Positions 1 through 9,879 of a stretch of DNA of 64,000 bases are shown piece by piece. The notes beneath the pieces were generated by a model. It had not been told where the DNA came from. It searched no databases and saw only the letters and a list, made by a program, of their open reading frames with translations. Numbering within the stretch: the stretch's first letter is position 1; the number at the start of each line of letters is the position of its first letter. Source of the stretch: Anaerohalosphaeraceae bacterium (GTDB lineage: Bacteria; Planctomycetota; Phycisphaerae; Sedimentisphaerales; Anaerohalosphaeraceae); NCBI GenBank assembly GCA_963675525.2, contig CAXXSL010000001.1, positions 192,001 through 256,000 on the forward strand, given 5' to 3'. Position numbers and translations under genes: made by a program.

Positions 1-273
1 ATCGGTTTGCTTGGAGACATCCTACACATATCGTGTATCCATGTTAAAAATATAAAATAACGGAAAAGCAGAGGGGGGGGGGACATAAATAGCTACAGGC
101 TGAAAGATCGTAGACCGCAGTTTAGGATTGTGTTTACACGCCCCGGCTTAAGCGATAAGCGATAACTTGCATCGCCTTTATAAAGAAAAGCAATTACTCC
201 GTGAATCATCCTCCCAAGACACGAACAATCTACGGGTTCCGTCTTAGCCGAAGAGCTAAAGTGCCAAGGCCCA

Positions 274-462
274 AGAACAGCAGCAACAATGGCGGTTCGA
301 TCTGGTGATCCATTCGCAGTACAACGACTCTTGGGGTATACCAATTTGCTCATGGCCACTCGATATGCTCAGGATGTCTCCAAGCAAACGGATGAGGTTG
401 TTGGCAAAAGCAGGATGTATGTAATTCGACCGAAGCAGACTATTCCCTTGTTGTCAGCGTGA
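274..462 (+). pseudogene. Tyrosine recombinase/integrase C-terminal relic
   Basis: Manual translation RTAATMAVRSGDPFAVQRLLGYTNLLMATRYAQD matches the box II pattern (R..AT...G.....VQ.LLGH.....T.RY). The conserved His is replaced by Tyr and no N-terminal part is present. Confidence 0.7.
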
Positions 463-754
463 AAGGGGTTTTTATGCTCTATGAGATGATAATTGGATAT
501 GACTAATGAGAAGAATCGCTGAAAAACCTGATTTGATGAACGCTATAACCGTCAAGGTTTGGATTCAAGTAGGGATTTCAAACAATCTGGAACCTGCAAA
601 TCTGGTCTTTAGTACAAATCTGCAAGAAAACACCTCAGAAAAGAGAAATCTTGATAGTCCAAGTTGAATTTGGTAAAATTATTAACATCGAAAGGTAGAA
701 TAATATGTTTCGTGAACGCTTAAATGGGAAATTCGAAATAAATAAAGAGAATAT

Positions 755-1255
755 ATGACACAATTCAGTGAAAATACACCACTGGACATCACCATCCGGC
801 TGGCAACGATTGATGATCTGGCTGAGATTTTTCATCTTGGTGAAAAGCTGTTCAGGCCTCAGAGCGTTTCCAACCTTTATCGTACATGGGACGAATATGA
901 AGTCACGGGTCTGTTTAACTCTGAGCCGGAATACATGCTGGTGGCCTCTGTTGCCGATTCGGTGGTTGGTTTTGCGCTGGGTTCAGTGATTGAAAAGATC
1001 GCTACGGCATGGAATTATGGGCATCTCTTGTGGCTCGGCGTTGAGGAGGTTTATTGTCAGCAGGGAGTGGCAGGAATGCTGTTTGACAAATTCAGCGAGA
1101 TCATGCGAGGCAATGGTATCCGCATGCTGATGGTGGATACACAGGCCGATAATGAACGAGCGATTCGGTTTTTTGAAAAGAGAGGGTTTGCCAATCCGAT
1201 TGAACATGTGTACATGACCTTAAATTTTGAGAATCTTGAGGCGTCCAATGAATGA
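755..1255 (+). CDS. GNAT family N-acetyltransferase
   Basis: IRLATIDDL start, V..YCQQGVAG acetyl-CoA motif A, and N.RAIRFFEKRGF motif B. Confidence 0.9.
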   Translation: MTQFSENTPLDITIRLATIDDLAEIFHLGEKLFRPQSVSNLYRTWDEYEVTGLFNSEPEYMLVASVADSVVGFALGSVIEKIATAWNYGHLLWLGVEEVYCQQGVAGMLFDKFSEIMRGNGIRMLMVDTQADNERAIRFFEKRGFANPIEHVYMTLNFENLEASNE

Positions 1256-2357
1256 GCCGATTAATCAGGAGCGACTGAGGAACCTGCTCAAGGACATGGT
1301 GGACATCTACAGTCCGACGGGCAAAGAAGAGCAGATTACGGAATTTTTAGCGGGTTATCTGCATGATGCGGGACTTCCGGTATTGATGCGTGAAGTCTGC
1401 GATGGTCGGCGTAACGTTGAGGTTTTGTTGGGCAGTGACCGGCCGGAGGTTGCTTTCATCGGGCATATTGATACGGTTCCGGCGTTCGATATTGAACGAT
1501 ATGAGTACCATGAGAAAGACCGCCAGGCTTTCGGTCTTGGAACGGCGGACATGAAGGGCGGCTGTGCGGCGATGATCGAAGCGTTTGTTTCTCTTTGTCA
1601 GAGCGACCAACTGCCGGATAACGCGGCTTTGTTTTTGGTTGTCGGGGAAGAAGAAAACGGCGACGGGACGACGGCATTGCTGGAGACAATGTGTTTTCCA
1701 TGGGCGATTGTCGGGGAGCCGACGAATTTGGTACCTTGTCTGGGGCATTACGGTTACCTGGAAATGCTGGTGCGAGCTTTTGGGAAACGGCGACATGCTT
1801 CGATGGCCGGACGAGAGCACAATGCCATTTTTAATTCGCTGAAGATGCTTCTTCGGGTAGGTGAAATGCTGGAATCGGACTTTCCGGAAACCTGCATGAA
1901 TATCCGATCGGTGCATAGTTCGGAGGCGGGCTTTGCGGTGCCGGGCAGTTGTGAAACATGGGTAGATCTTCATATTCAACCTTCGCTGGATACCGACGCA
2001 TTTTCCAAACGTCTTAAAACACTGGTGGATGATTGTCTTTCGGGCAGCGCAGTGACTCGCTATGAGATTGAATTTCCAACGCTGGCCAGCGGGTATCAGC
2101 TGGCTGGTGAGGGGACGGTCTTTGATATACTTCAGCAGGGCTATCAAGCCATGAATCTGCCCTGGTTGCCGGGGACGTTTCAGAGTCACTCTGATGCGAA
2201 CCTCTTACGGCAGACCGGATGCAATCCGATTATCCTGGGGCCCGGTCAACTGGCAAGGGCCCACACGCGGGATGAGGCAATTAGTCTTGATCAGGTGACT
2301 ACCGCAGCACAGTTGTATCGTCATTTACTGCTGTTGATCGGCGGATTATTGAAATAG
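1248..2357 (+). CDS. M20 family metallopeptidase/deacylase (ArgE/DapE-like)
   Basis: GHIDTVP, GLGTADMKGG, GEEENG, VGEPT and AHTRDE metal-binding motifs. ATG at 1248 overlaps the end of the GNAT gene. Confidence 0.88.
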   Translation: MNEPINQERLRNLLKDMVDIYSPTGKEEQITEFLAGYLHDAGLPVLMREVCDGRRNVEVLLGSDRPEVAFIGHIDTVPAFDIERYEYHEKDRQAFGLGTADMKGGCAAMIEAFVSLCQSDQLPDNAALFLVVGEEENGDGTTALLETMCFPWAIVGEPTNLVPCLGHYGYLEMLVRAFGKRRHASMAGREHNAIFNSLKMLLRVGEMLESDFPETCMNIRSVHSSEAGFAVPGSCETWVDLHIQPSLDTDAFSKRLKTLVDDCLSGSAVTRYEIEFPTLASGYQLAGEGTVFDILQQGYQAMNLPWLPGTFQSHSDANLLRQTGCNPIILGPGQLARAHTRDEAISLDQVTTAAQLYRHLLLLIGGLLK

Positions 2358-2400
2358 CCGGTGTGGGGCGGGACGCCTTTGTTTGAAGATTATTTTTGGC

Positions 2401-2430
2401 CACAGATAATCATGGATAATCACGGATTAA
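2401..2430. repeat. Three imperfect 10-mer tandem repeats (CACAGATAAT CATGGATAAT CACGGATTAA)
   Basis: Read directly from the intergenic sequence. Confidence 0.55.
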
Positions 2431-2517
2431 TCCATATTTTCTTTATCAGGGAATGAATGGCGTATGCGATTTTATAATTAGAATATCAGGTTTTGACAAA
2501 AATATTATGAGGTTCTT

Positions 2518-2883
2518 ATGGAACAATTGATGGATTGGATACGAGTCTTGAATGGCATAATCGTGATAGTATGCCAGTTTCTTGCGATGGTTGTACTGTC
2601 TATTGGTATATTGAAAGCTCTAAAGATATACTTGGCAGATGTATTGACCCCAGGACGTTCAGCTGATTCTGTAAAAGCTAGCCGTCTGGAGTTGGGACAT
2701 TCTTTTTCTCTGGCACTTGGCTTCCTCATCGGGGCAAGCATTCTTAAGACGACACTCGCTCCGACATGGACTGATATTGGGCAACTCGCAGCCATCATCG
2801 CAATTCGGACCATCCTCAACTACTTCCTGTTGCATGATATTGCTGTTCACTCTGAATCACAAAAGGACAATTCTTCGACTTAG
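2518..2883 (+). CDS. DUF1622-like small membrane protein
   Basis: RLELG..FSLALGFLIGASILKT..APTW.DIG.LAAII.IRT.LNYFL pattern with three hydrophobic helices. Confidence 0.8.
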   Translation: MEQLMDWIRVLNGIIVIVCQFLAMVVLSIGILKALKIYLADVLTPGRSADSVKASRLELGHSFSLALGFLIGASILKTTLAPTWTDIGQLAAIIAIRTILNYFLLHDIAVHSESQKDNSST

Positions 2884-2914
2884 ATCAGTCTCCATGAAAA
2901 GAAGTTCGTTAATG

Positions 2915-3110
2915 TGGTCTGCCCCTGTTTTCTGTACCACTTGTGATGAGAGTATTTCACAGTCAGTCTCCCTGTCTTGAGGAAGGCGTAGCGGAGCGGA
3001 GCCTTGCTCAAGACACGCCGTCGCAAACGCCGCCGGGGCCATATAATCCAGGCTGCTGTGCGGCCGGTAATGATTATAGTCCATCCGCCATCCTGAGAAA
3101 ACAAGGGTCA
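2915..3110 (-). mobile_element. IS3-family remnant (transposase C-terminus and terminal inverted repeat)
   Basis: Minus-strand [23 protein letters not shown] is the typical IS3 integrase-core tail. Terminal IR-like TGGTCTGCCCCTGTTTTCTGTACCAC lies at 2915-2940. Confidence 0.75.
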
Positions 3111-3367
3111 TTGCGTTTCAGCGAGGAAAGCAGAATCAACACCGAGGAAATAAACATATACCTTGCTCATTTGACTTTTTGGGATTTACCCACTATTGGG
3201 GTAAAATCCGGAAGGGGAATTGGGTTCAAAGATGCGGGTTGCTCGGGCGTGTCATTTTGTACAGGAAGTGACGCAGACAACTGGTACAAATTCAGCATTT
3301 TCGCCAGGGAATTCTGGCTTTGTCATACAGTGCGGACCGGTGTATGTTTCAATAGTGAGTATTATTA

Positions 3368-4513
3368 TCAATGCAAATTTATACTCTGTCGAAATGTCGA
3401 AGGGCTCATGCCAGTGAGGTTTTTGAAGTATCTTGGGAAATGTTCTGGGTCTGTAAATTCAATGGTGTTGGCAATTTTATAGACAGGCTCTCTGCTGTTG
3501 ATTAGTTTTTTCTTGATATATTCGATTCGCAATCGTTCGATTTCCTTTTTGATTGTTTTGTTTAAAACACTTTTGAATCGATATTGCAATTCTCGGCGTG
3601 AGATGGCGGTTACGTTTACGACATCCGTTACCTGAATCGGCTTATCAAAGTTTTCTCGGATAAACCGCAGTGCCGAAACCAAATCTTTATCATCAATCGC
3701 GAAAATATCAGTAGATTTTCGCGTCACGATCTCAACGGGATCGACTCCAAGGATTTTGTTGCCTGTTTGCCGATTCATCAACCGGTCAAGATGTCTCGCG
3801 GCAAGGTAACCGACGTCTTCGAAGTTAAGCGTGATACTCGACAAAGGGGGTGAAGACAGGTTGCAGATCAGACCGTCATTGTCTACCCCGAGGACAGCCA
3901 CTTCTTCCGGAACATTGATCTGGTGACTTTTGCAGGCTTCCAGTATATAGATCGCCCGATCGTCATTGCACGCGAATACAGCAATCGGCTTGGGAAGTTT
4001 TTTTAACCAGACTGTCAGTCGTTCCCGGTCTGCCTCTTTGTTCTGTGAGGGGGCATCGATGTAGTGGTGTATAACGCTCACTCCGCTTCTTGTGAGGGCA
4101 TATTCGTAGCTGCGGAATCTTTCATCGGACCAGGTAATATCTTTAAAACCGCAATATGCATAGTTCTTAAATCCCAATGAGATAAAATAGTCCGCAGCCA
4201 TTTCGCCTATTTTTGAAGAGTTGGTCACGATCAGACTCACGCCTGGCAGGTGTTCCTTTGGGGTATGATGGATAATTTTAGGTTTCTTTACTTTCAGGAT
4301 TGGAGAAATATTTTCTGTATAACAAATAAAAAAACCGTCAAATCGTCCGAGGTCCAAATTTCCGAGTTCTTTTGAAAAGTCTTTGGTTAAATAGCTTGGA
4401 GACAGGGTATGAACCTCCCACTTTGCAAAAGCGGAGATATATTTTTCTACTCCGCTAAGCAGTTCTCTGCCCGTCAACCGAGACGTATCAATCATTATCA
4501 GTGTCTTTTTCAT
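3368..4513 (-). CDS. xylR: Xylose operon regulator (periplasmic-binding-protein-like domain plus AraC HTH)
   Basis: LPKPIAVFACNDDRA, VPEEVAVLGVDND, PPLSSI and a C-terminal AraC HTH (F.RYFKNLTGMSPS.FR). Divergent from xylBA. Confidence 0.88.
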   Translation of the reverse strand: MKKTLIMIDTSRLTGRELLSGVEKYISAFAKWEVHTLSPSYLTKDFSKELGNLDLGRFDGFFICYTENISPILKVKKPKIIHHTPKEHLPGVSLIVTNSSKIGEMAADYFISLGFKNYAYCGFKDITWSDERFRSYEYALTRSGVSVIHHYIDAPSQNKEADRERLTVWLKKLPKPIAVFACNDDRAIYILEACKSHQINVPEEVAVLGVDNDGLICNLSSPPLSSITLNFEDVGYLAARHLDRLMNRQTGNKILGVDPVEIVTRKSTDIFAIDDKDLVSALRFIRENFDKPIQVTDVVNVTAISRRELQYRFKSVLNKTIKKEIERLRIEYIKKKLINSREPVYKIANTIEFTDPEHFPRYFKNLTGMSPSTFRQSINLH

Positions 4514-4524
4514 TGCTACCCTGT

Positions 4525-4556
4525 GCGTAAAGTGGTTATATTTTAGCGCAAAATGG
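4525..4556 (+). promoter_or_regulatory. Candidate XylR binding site (11-bp direct repeat, 21-bp period)
   Basis: GCGTAAAGTGG (4525-4535) and GCGCAAAATGG (4546-4556) lie in the xylR-xylB intergenic region. Confidence 0.5.
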
Positions 4557-4621
4557 CATTCAGTTCAAGCTTTTTTTGCATTAAAGTACATATCACAAAA
4601 GTCATCAGAAAGGATCAGATT

Positions 4622-6103
4622 ATGTATTTACTTGGATATGATTGTGGGACATCATCAATTAAGGCAACCTTATTGGATGTGCAAACCGGTGATGTGGTTG
4701 CCTCTGTGACTTCCCCGGAAAAAGAGATGCCGATCATTGCCGCCCAAAGCGGCTGGGCTGAACAGCATCCGCAGGACTGGTGGGAAAATCTCAAAAAAGC
4801 GACCCAAAAGGCTCTTATTATTTCGAAGATTGACCCGAAAGATATCAAGGCGATCGGTATCTCTTATCAGATGCATGGACTCGTACTGGTTGATGCTCAG
4901 AAAAAGGTCTTACGGCCTTCGATCATCTGGTGTGACAGCCGAGCCGTGGATATTGGTCAAACGGCATTTGAAACACTTGGTCAGAATGCGTGCCTTGGGC
5001 ATCTGCTGAATTCTCCAGGCAACTTTACCGCATCCAAGCTTAAATGGGTTAAGGATAATGAACCGGATGTGTACAATAAAATTCATAAAGCAATGCTGCC
5101 GGGCGATTACATTGCCATGAGATTGACCGATACGATTTGTACGACCGTTTCCGGTTTGTCGGAAGGGATGTTATGGGATTTCAAAGAGCAGTGTCCCGCA
5201 CAGATGTTGCTTTCGTATTATGGTATCGATGAAAAGTTGCTGCCTGATACGGTAGAGACATTTTCAGTTCAGGGGCAATTGACGACGCAGGCCGCTGCTG
5301 AACTGGGACTTGCGGCCGGAACGGTTATTTCCTATCGGGCTGGCGATCAGCCCAATAACGCCTTATCGCTCAATGTTTTCAATCCCGGTGAGATTGCGGC
5401 CACAGCGGGCACTTCCGGCGTTGTTTACGGTGTTGGCGATAAGCCCACCTATGACAATCAGTCCAGGGTCAATACATTTGGCCATGTTAACTACACCCAC
5501 GACGATCCGAGACTCGGCGTGCTGTTGTGTGTTAACGGAACAGGCATCTTAAACAGTTGGCTCAAACACACGGTTGCCAAGGGTTTGGATTATCCGCAAA
5601 TGAACGAATTGGCATTACAGGCTCCGATTGGCAGTGAGGGGCTCTGTATATTGCCTTTTGGCAACGGTGCCGAACGAACCCTTGCTAATAAAGACATTGG
5701 AGCGTCAATTCATGGTCTGAATTTTAATACCCACAAGATATCTCATCTTTTAAGAGCAGGACAGGAAGGCATTGTCTTTGCGTTAAACTACGGGCTTGAG
5801 ATCATGCGGGAAATGGGTATTCACATTAAGACGGTCAGAGCCGGCGATGCCAATATGTTCCTAAGTCCTTTGTTCCGAGAGGCCTTTGCGACAACGACGG
5901 ACTCTGTCGTTGAATTGTATAACACCGATGGCTCTGCGGGTGCGGCCAGAGGGGCCGGGATTGGTGCCGGTATCTATAAAGGCCCACAAGAGGCCTTCGT
6001 CAGATTAAAGTGTACTCAAACAATCGAACCATCAAGTAATCAGAGATCGAACTATCAGCAAGCATACCAAAGGTGGCTTGAAAACCTGAATAACCAATTA
6101 TAA
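4622..6103 (+). CDS. xylB: Xylulokinase (FGGY family)
   Basis: LLGYDCGTSSIKA, GISYQMHG, IIWCDSRA and AGDQPNNA motifs. ATG 4622 follows an AGAAAGGA RBS, and the gene lies next to xylA. Confidence 0.93.
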   Translation: MYLLGYDCGTSSIKATLLDVQTGDVVASVTSPEKEMPIIAAQSGWAEQHPQDWWENLKKATQKALIISKIDPKDIKAIGISYQMHGLVLVDAQKKVLRPSIIWCDSRAVDIGQTAFETLGQNACLGHLLNSPGNFTASKLKWVKDNEPDVYNKIHKAMLPGDYIAMRLTDTICTTVSGLSEGMLWDFKEQCPAQMLLSYYGIDEKLLPDTVETFSVQGQLTTQAAAELGLAAGTVISYRAGDQPNNALSLNVFNPGEIAATAGTSGVVYGVGDKPTYDNQSRVNTFGHVNYTHDDPRLGVLLCVNGTGILNSWLKHTVAKGLDYPQMNELALQAPIGSEGLCILPFGNGAERTLANKDIGASIHGLNFNTHKISHLLRAGQEGIVFALNYGLEIMREMGIHIKTVRAGDANMFLSPLFREAFATTTDSVVELYNTDGSAGAARGAGIGAGIYKGPQEAFVRLKCTQTIEPSSNQRSNYQQAYQRWLENLNNQL

Positions 6104-6116
6104 CGGAGAGAATAAG

Positions 6117-7427
6117 ATGAATAAATTTTTCCCAAAAATCAAGAAGGTCAAATACGAAGGTCCGGATTCCAAAAACGCACTGGCTTTTAAACATTACAAT
6201 CCCAAACAAAAGATCATGGGTAAAACAATGGCCGAACATTTGCGTTTTGCGGTTTGTTACTGGCACACATTTAAGGGATTAGGGTCAGACCAGTTCGGTC
6301 CGGGAACGATCATACGGGAGTATAATCGCTCCAATGACGCGATGCAGGTTGCTGAGGATACCATGCTTGCGGCGTTTGAGTTTTTTACCAAACTTGGCGT
6401 CAATTTCTGGTGCTTCCATGACCGCGACATTGCGCCGGAAGCGGGCACCCTGGCCGAGACCAACAAGCGTCTGGATAAAATGGTTGCGTTGGCTAAAAAA
6501 CTTCAGGCCGATACCGGCGTCAATCTCCTCTGGGGTACGACCAATGCTTTCAGTCATCGGCGTTTTATGGCCGGGGCGGGGACAAATCCGTCGCCGGCGG
6601 TTTTCGCCTATGCGGCCAGCCAGATCAAGAAAGCGATGGAAGTGACCAAAGAACTGGGCGGTCAGGGGTATGTCTTCTGGGGCGGCCGGGAAGGCTATGA
6701 GACGTTATTGAATACGGATATGAAGCGAGAGTTTGACCATTTGGCGACGCTGCTGCACATGGCGGTTGATTATAAGAAGAAAATCCGATTCAAAGGACAG
6801 TTTTATATTGAACCCAAGCCCAAAGAACCCACCAAGCATCAATATGATTCGGATGCGGGCAACTGCTTTGCTTTTTTGCAGAAATACGACCTTCTTGACA
6901 GCTTCAAATTGAACATTGAGGCGAATCATGCCACATTGGCGGGACATACCTTCCAGCATGAACTTCAGTATTGCGTGGACAACGGTATTCTCGGTTCAGT
7001 GGATGCGAACCGGGGCGATTTGTTTCTGGGCTGGGATACCGATCAGTTTCCGACGGACATTTACGATACAACTCTCGCGATGTATACGATTCTCAAAGGT
7101 GGTGGATTTACCACGGGCGGCCTGAACTTTGATGCGCATGTCCGAAGGCAGTCCATCGACCCGGACGACTTGTTCTATGCACATATTGGAGCGATGGATG
7201 CGTTTGCCAGAGGGCTGAAAAATGCGGCGAAGATGCTTAAAGATAAGAAATTTGAAAAAAGTATCAAGAAGCGTTACGCAGGCTGGGATACCGCATTTGG
7301 AAAGAAAGTCGAAAAGAAGCAGGTTGGCTTTAAAGAACTTGAACAATATATCTTGAAAAACGGAGAACCGAAAGTCCAGAGCGGTCGACAGGAAATGCTT
7401 GAAAATATGCTGAATGAATACATTTAA
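6117..7427 (+). CDS. xylA: Xylose isomerase (class II)
   Basis: LRFAVCYWHTF, FHDRDIAPE, VFWGGREGY, IEPKPKEPTKHQYD and GWDTDQFP. Confidence 0.97.
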   Translation: MNKFFPKIKKVKYEGPDSKNALAFKHYNPKQKIMGKTMAEHLRFAVCYWHTFKGLGSDQFGPGTIIREYNRSNDAMQVAEDTMLAAFEFFTKLGVNFWCFHDRDIAPEAGTLAETNKRLDKMVALAKKLQADTGVNLLWGTTNAFSHRRFMAGAGTNPSPAVFAYAASQIKKAMEVTKELGGQGYVFWGGREGYETLLNTDMKREFDHLATLLHMAVDYKKKIRFKGQFYIEPKPKEPTKHQYDSDAGNCFAFLQKYDLLDSFKLNIEANHATLAGHTFQHELQYCVDNGILGSVDANRGDLFLGWDTDQFPTDIYDTTLAMYTILKGGGFTTGGLNFDAHVRRQSIDPDDLFYAHIGAMDAFARGLKNAAKMLKDKKFEKSIKKRYAGWDTAFGKKVEKKQVGFKELEQYILKNGEPKVQSGRQEMLENMLNEYI

Positions 7428-7551
7428 GCATTATGAGCAGATTTACCGTTCTTATCGAAGTACGGGAATTCTGTACTTAAATGTAAAAGAAGATATTCGA
7501 TCTGTCCAACAAATACGCGACAGTCGTGTCTGAAGACACAGGAGTTTACTC

Positions 7552-9489
7552 ATGAAGTTAGATGAGAGAAGGTCACCTTGCGCCGTTCTTTTTTTTGTAT
7601 TAATTTCGTTTCAGTTTGCCGTTTCTCAGGTTCGGCTTCCGCGGTTAATCAGTGACGGGATGGTATTGCAGCGGGATTCGGACGTTAAGATTTGGGGTTG
7701 GGCCGGTGACGGTGAACAGATCACAGTTGACTTCAACGGCAAAACATACACGGTAACCGCCGAGGCGGATGGTCAGTGGGCGGTTCGCCTTGGCGAAATG
7801 AGCGCAGGCGGTCCGTATACCATGGAAATTTGCGCTGAAAACCATATAACCCTGAACGATATCATGATCGGCGATGTGTGGGTCTGTTCCGGTCAGTCGA
7901 ATATGGAATTGCCCATGGAACGGGTCAAATACCGATATCCGGATGTTATTGCTCAATCCGACAATCCGGCCATCCGGCAATTTTTCGTTCCGCGGGTTTA
8001 CGATTTTAAGAAACCTCAGGGCGATTTTCCGTCCGGTAGTTGGGAACCAGCCAACCCTAAGACTGTTTTGAAGTTTACGGCCGCGGGCTATTTTTTCGCC
8101 AAAGAATTATATGAAAAACACCATGTCCCCATCGGCCTGATCAATGCCGGTTTAGGGGGCTCGCCAGCTCAGGCGTGGATGAGTGAAGATGCCTTGAAAG
8201 CCTTTCCGGACTATCTGGAAACAGCCAAAAAATTTCGGGACGAGGTGTATCTCAACGCGATTGTCGAAAAAGACGAGGCCGCCAGCAATGCCTGGTACAC
8301 TCAGTTGTCGCAACGGGATAAGGGATTGGCCGAGGAGTGGTTCACCCCCGGTTACGATGCTTCGGACTGGGCGACGATGAAGATCCCCGGCTACTGGACG
8401 GATCGGGGTCTGGGTCGTGTCACCGGCGTTGTCTGGTTCCGGAAAGAAATCGATGTGCCGGCTTCGATGACGAACAAACCGGCAAAGCTGTGGCTGGGCC
8501 GAATTGTTGATGCAGATCAAACATATATAAACGGCAAGCGCGTTGGTGAAATTACATATGAGTGGCCCCCAAGAATTTATGACATCGCTTCGGATCTGCT
8601 CACACCGGGCAAAAACATCATTGTCGTCCGACTGATCAATAACAGTTCCGGCCGCGGCGGTTTCGTCCCGGAGAAAAGTTATAAACTGACTGCCGCAGGT
8701 CAAACCATCGACTTGACCGGTCAATGGCAATATAAAGTTGGGGCAGCGACAGAACCATTGCTGCCCAAAACCTTTATCCAGTGGCAGCCGATGGGGTTGT
8801 ATAATGCCATGATAGCACCGCTGTTAAATTGCCGAATCAAGGGGGTGATTTGGTATCAGGGTGAATCCAACACCAGTAAACCGGGTGAATATCAGCGACT
8901 CTTCTCTGCTATGATCACCAACTGGAGAGACAAATGGGGTCAGAGCGATTTCCCGTTTTTATATGTTCAACTGGCGAATTTTATGGAAGCCAAAGACGAG
9001 CCGAGCGAGAGCAACTGGGCTGAATTGAGAGAGGCACAACTTCAGACGCTGACAGTGCCTAATACCGGAATGGTTGTCACCATTGACATCGGTGAAGGTA
9101 ATGACATACACCCATTAAACAAAGAAGATGTTGGCAAACGTCTTGCACGGGCCGCCGGAAAAATCGCCTACGGCGAAAAAGATATTGTTTGTTCCGGTCC
9201 GCTCTATGAATCAATGAGGATTGACGGTAACAAAGTCATCCTTTCATTCACACATATTGGCGGAGGTTTGGTCGCTGAAGGTGGCAAGCTTCAATCATTC
9301 GCCATTGCCGGTCCGGACAAAAAATTTGTTTGGGCCAAAGCCCAGATCGACGATGATCATGTCGTCGTCTGGAATGAGGCGGTTGACATGCCTACAGCCG
9401 TCCGGTACGCGTGGGCCGACAATCCTGAGGGTGCGAATCTCTATAACAAAGAGGGACTTCCCGCATCACCTTTTAGAACTGATAGATAG
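7552..9489 (+). CDS. Sialate O-acetylesterase-like (SASA/SGNH) carbohydrate esterase with inserted sugar-binding domain, secreted
   Basis: Signal peptide, SDGMVLQR, CSGQSNME, WYQGESN, DIHP and RYAW..NP..NLYN.EGLPASPFRTD. Confidence 0.88.
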   Translation: MKLDERRSPCAVLFFVLISFQFAVSQVRLPRLISDGMVLQRDSDVKIWGWAGDGEQITVDFNGKTYTVTAEADGQWAVRLGEMSAGGPYTMEICAENHITLNDIMIGDVWVCSGQSNMELPMERVKYRYPDVIAQSDNPAIRQFFVPRVYDFKKPQGDFPSGSWEPANPKTVLKFTAAGYFFAKELYEKHHVPIGLINAGLGGSPAQAWMSEDALKAFPDYLETAKKFRDEVYLNAIVEKDEAASNAWYTQLSQRDKGLAEEWFTPGYDASDWATMKIPGYWTDRGLGRVTGVVWFRKEIDVPASMTNKPAKLWLGRIVDADQTYINGKRVGEITYEWPPRIYDIASDLLTPGKNIIVVRLINNSSGRGGFVPEKSYKLTAAGQTIDLTGQWQYKVGAATEPLLPKTFIQWQPMGLYNAMIAPLLNCRIKGVIWYQGESNTSKPGEYQRLFSAMITNWRDKWGQSDFPFLYVQLANFMEAKDEPSESNWAELREAQLQTLTVPNTGMVVTIDIGEGNDIHPLNKEDVGKRLARAAGKIAYGEKDIVCSGPLYESMRIDGNKVILSFTHIGGGLVAEGGKLQSFAIAGPDKKFVWAKAQIDDDHVVVWNEAVDMPTAVRYAWADNPEGANLYNKEGLPASPFRTDR

Positions 9490-9822
9490 ACCCAGACCTA
9501 TGCGGGTATAACATCTTTAACCGCGGACGGTGTGGTGAATTTGGGGGATTATTCATTGTTCGCTAAAGCGTGGCTGAGTCACGATCCCAATGACCCAACA
9601 ATGACGACAGATCCGAATTTCATCAATGAACCGATCGAAGAAGAAAAAACTTATACCGACATGCCCGATTCGGAGTTGTTTCCACTGGTCTTGGGTGTCT
9701 ATGAGATCATCGATTCGATCGAAATTTTCATTGAAAACGACCATGAAAACGCCGAAAACCTGTTCGAAGCCAAGGAATTCCTTGAGGAGGTTCTCGCTGA
9801 TATCAAGGCGTCAAGAGAGTAA
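9490..9822 (+). pseudogene. Orphan C-terminal fragment of a dockerin-like-domain protein
   Basis: LTADGVVNLGDYSLFAKAWLSHDPNDPTMTTDPNFI followed by an acidic helical tail. It has no RBS or signal peptide and is homologous to the fragment at 62545-63009. Confidence 0.6.
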
Positions 9823-9826
9823 AAAC

Positions 9827-9855
9827 TTGATTTTTCCGGCTTAAATAGATATAAT
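9827..9855 (+). promoter_or_regulatory. Sigma70-type promoter for the PEP-CTERM gene
   Basis: TTGATT-17 bp-TATAAT, followed by an AAGGAAGGA RBS. Confidence 0.7.
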
Positions 9856-9879
9856 TAAACTAATATAAGGAAGGATAGA

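Noticed and set aside
93..270. Retron or group II intron RNA between the integrase relics
   Set aside because: There is no reverse transcriptase in the window and no diagnostic intron or msr-msd motif; only a small hairpin is visible.
2943..3482. 179-aa plus-strand ORF
   Set aside because: Runs antisense across the IS3 relic and the xylR 3' end, with no RBS or recognisable motif.
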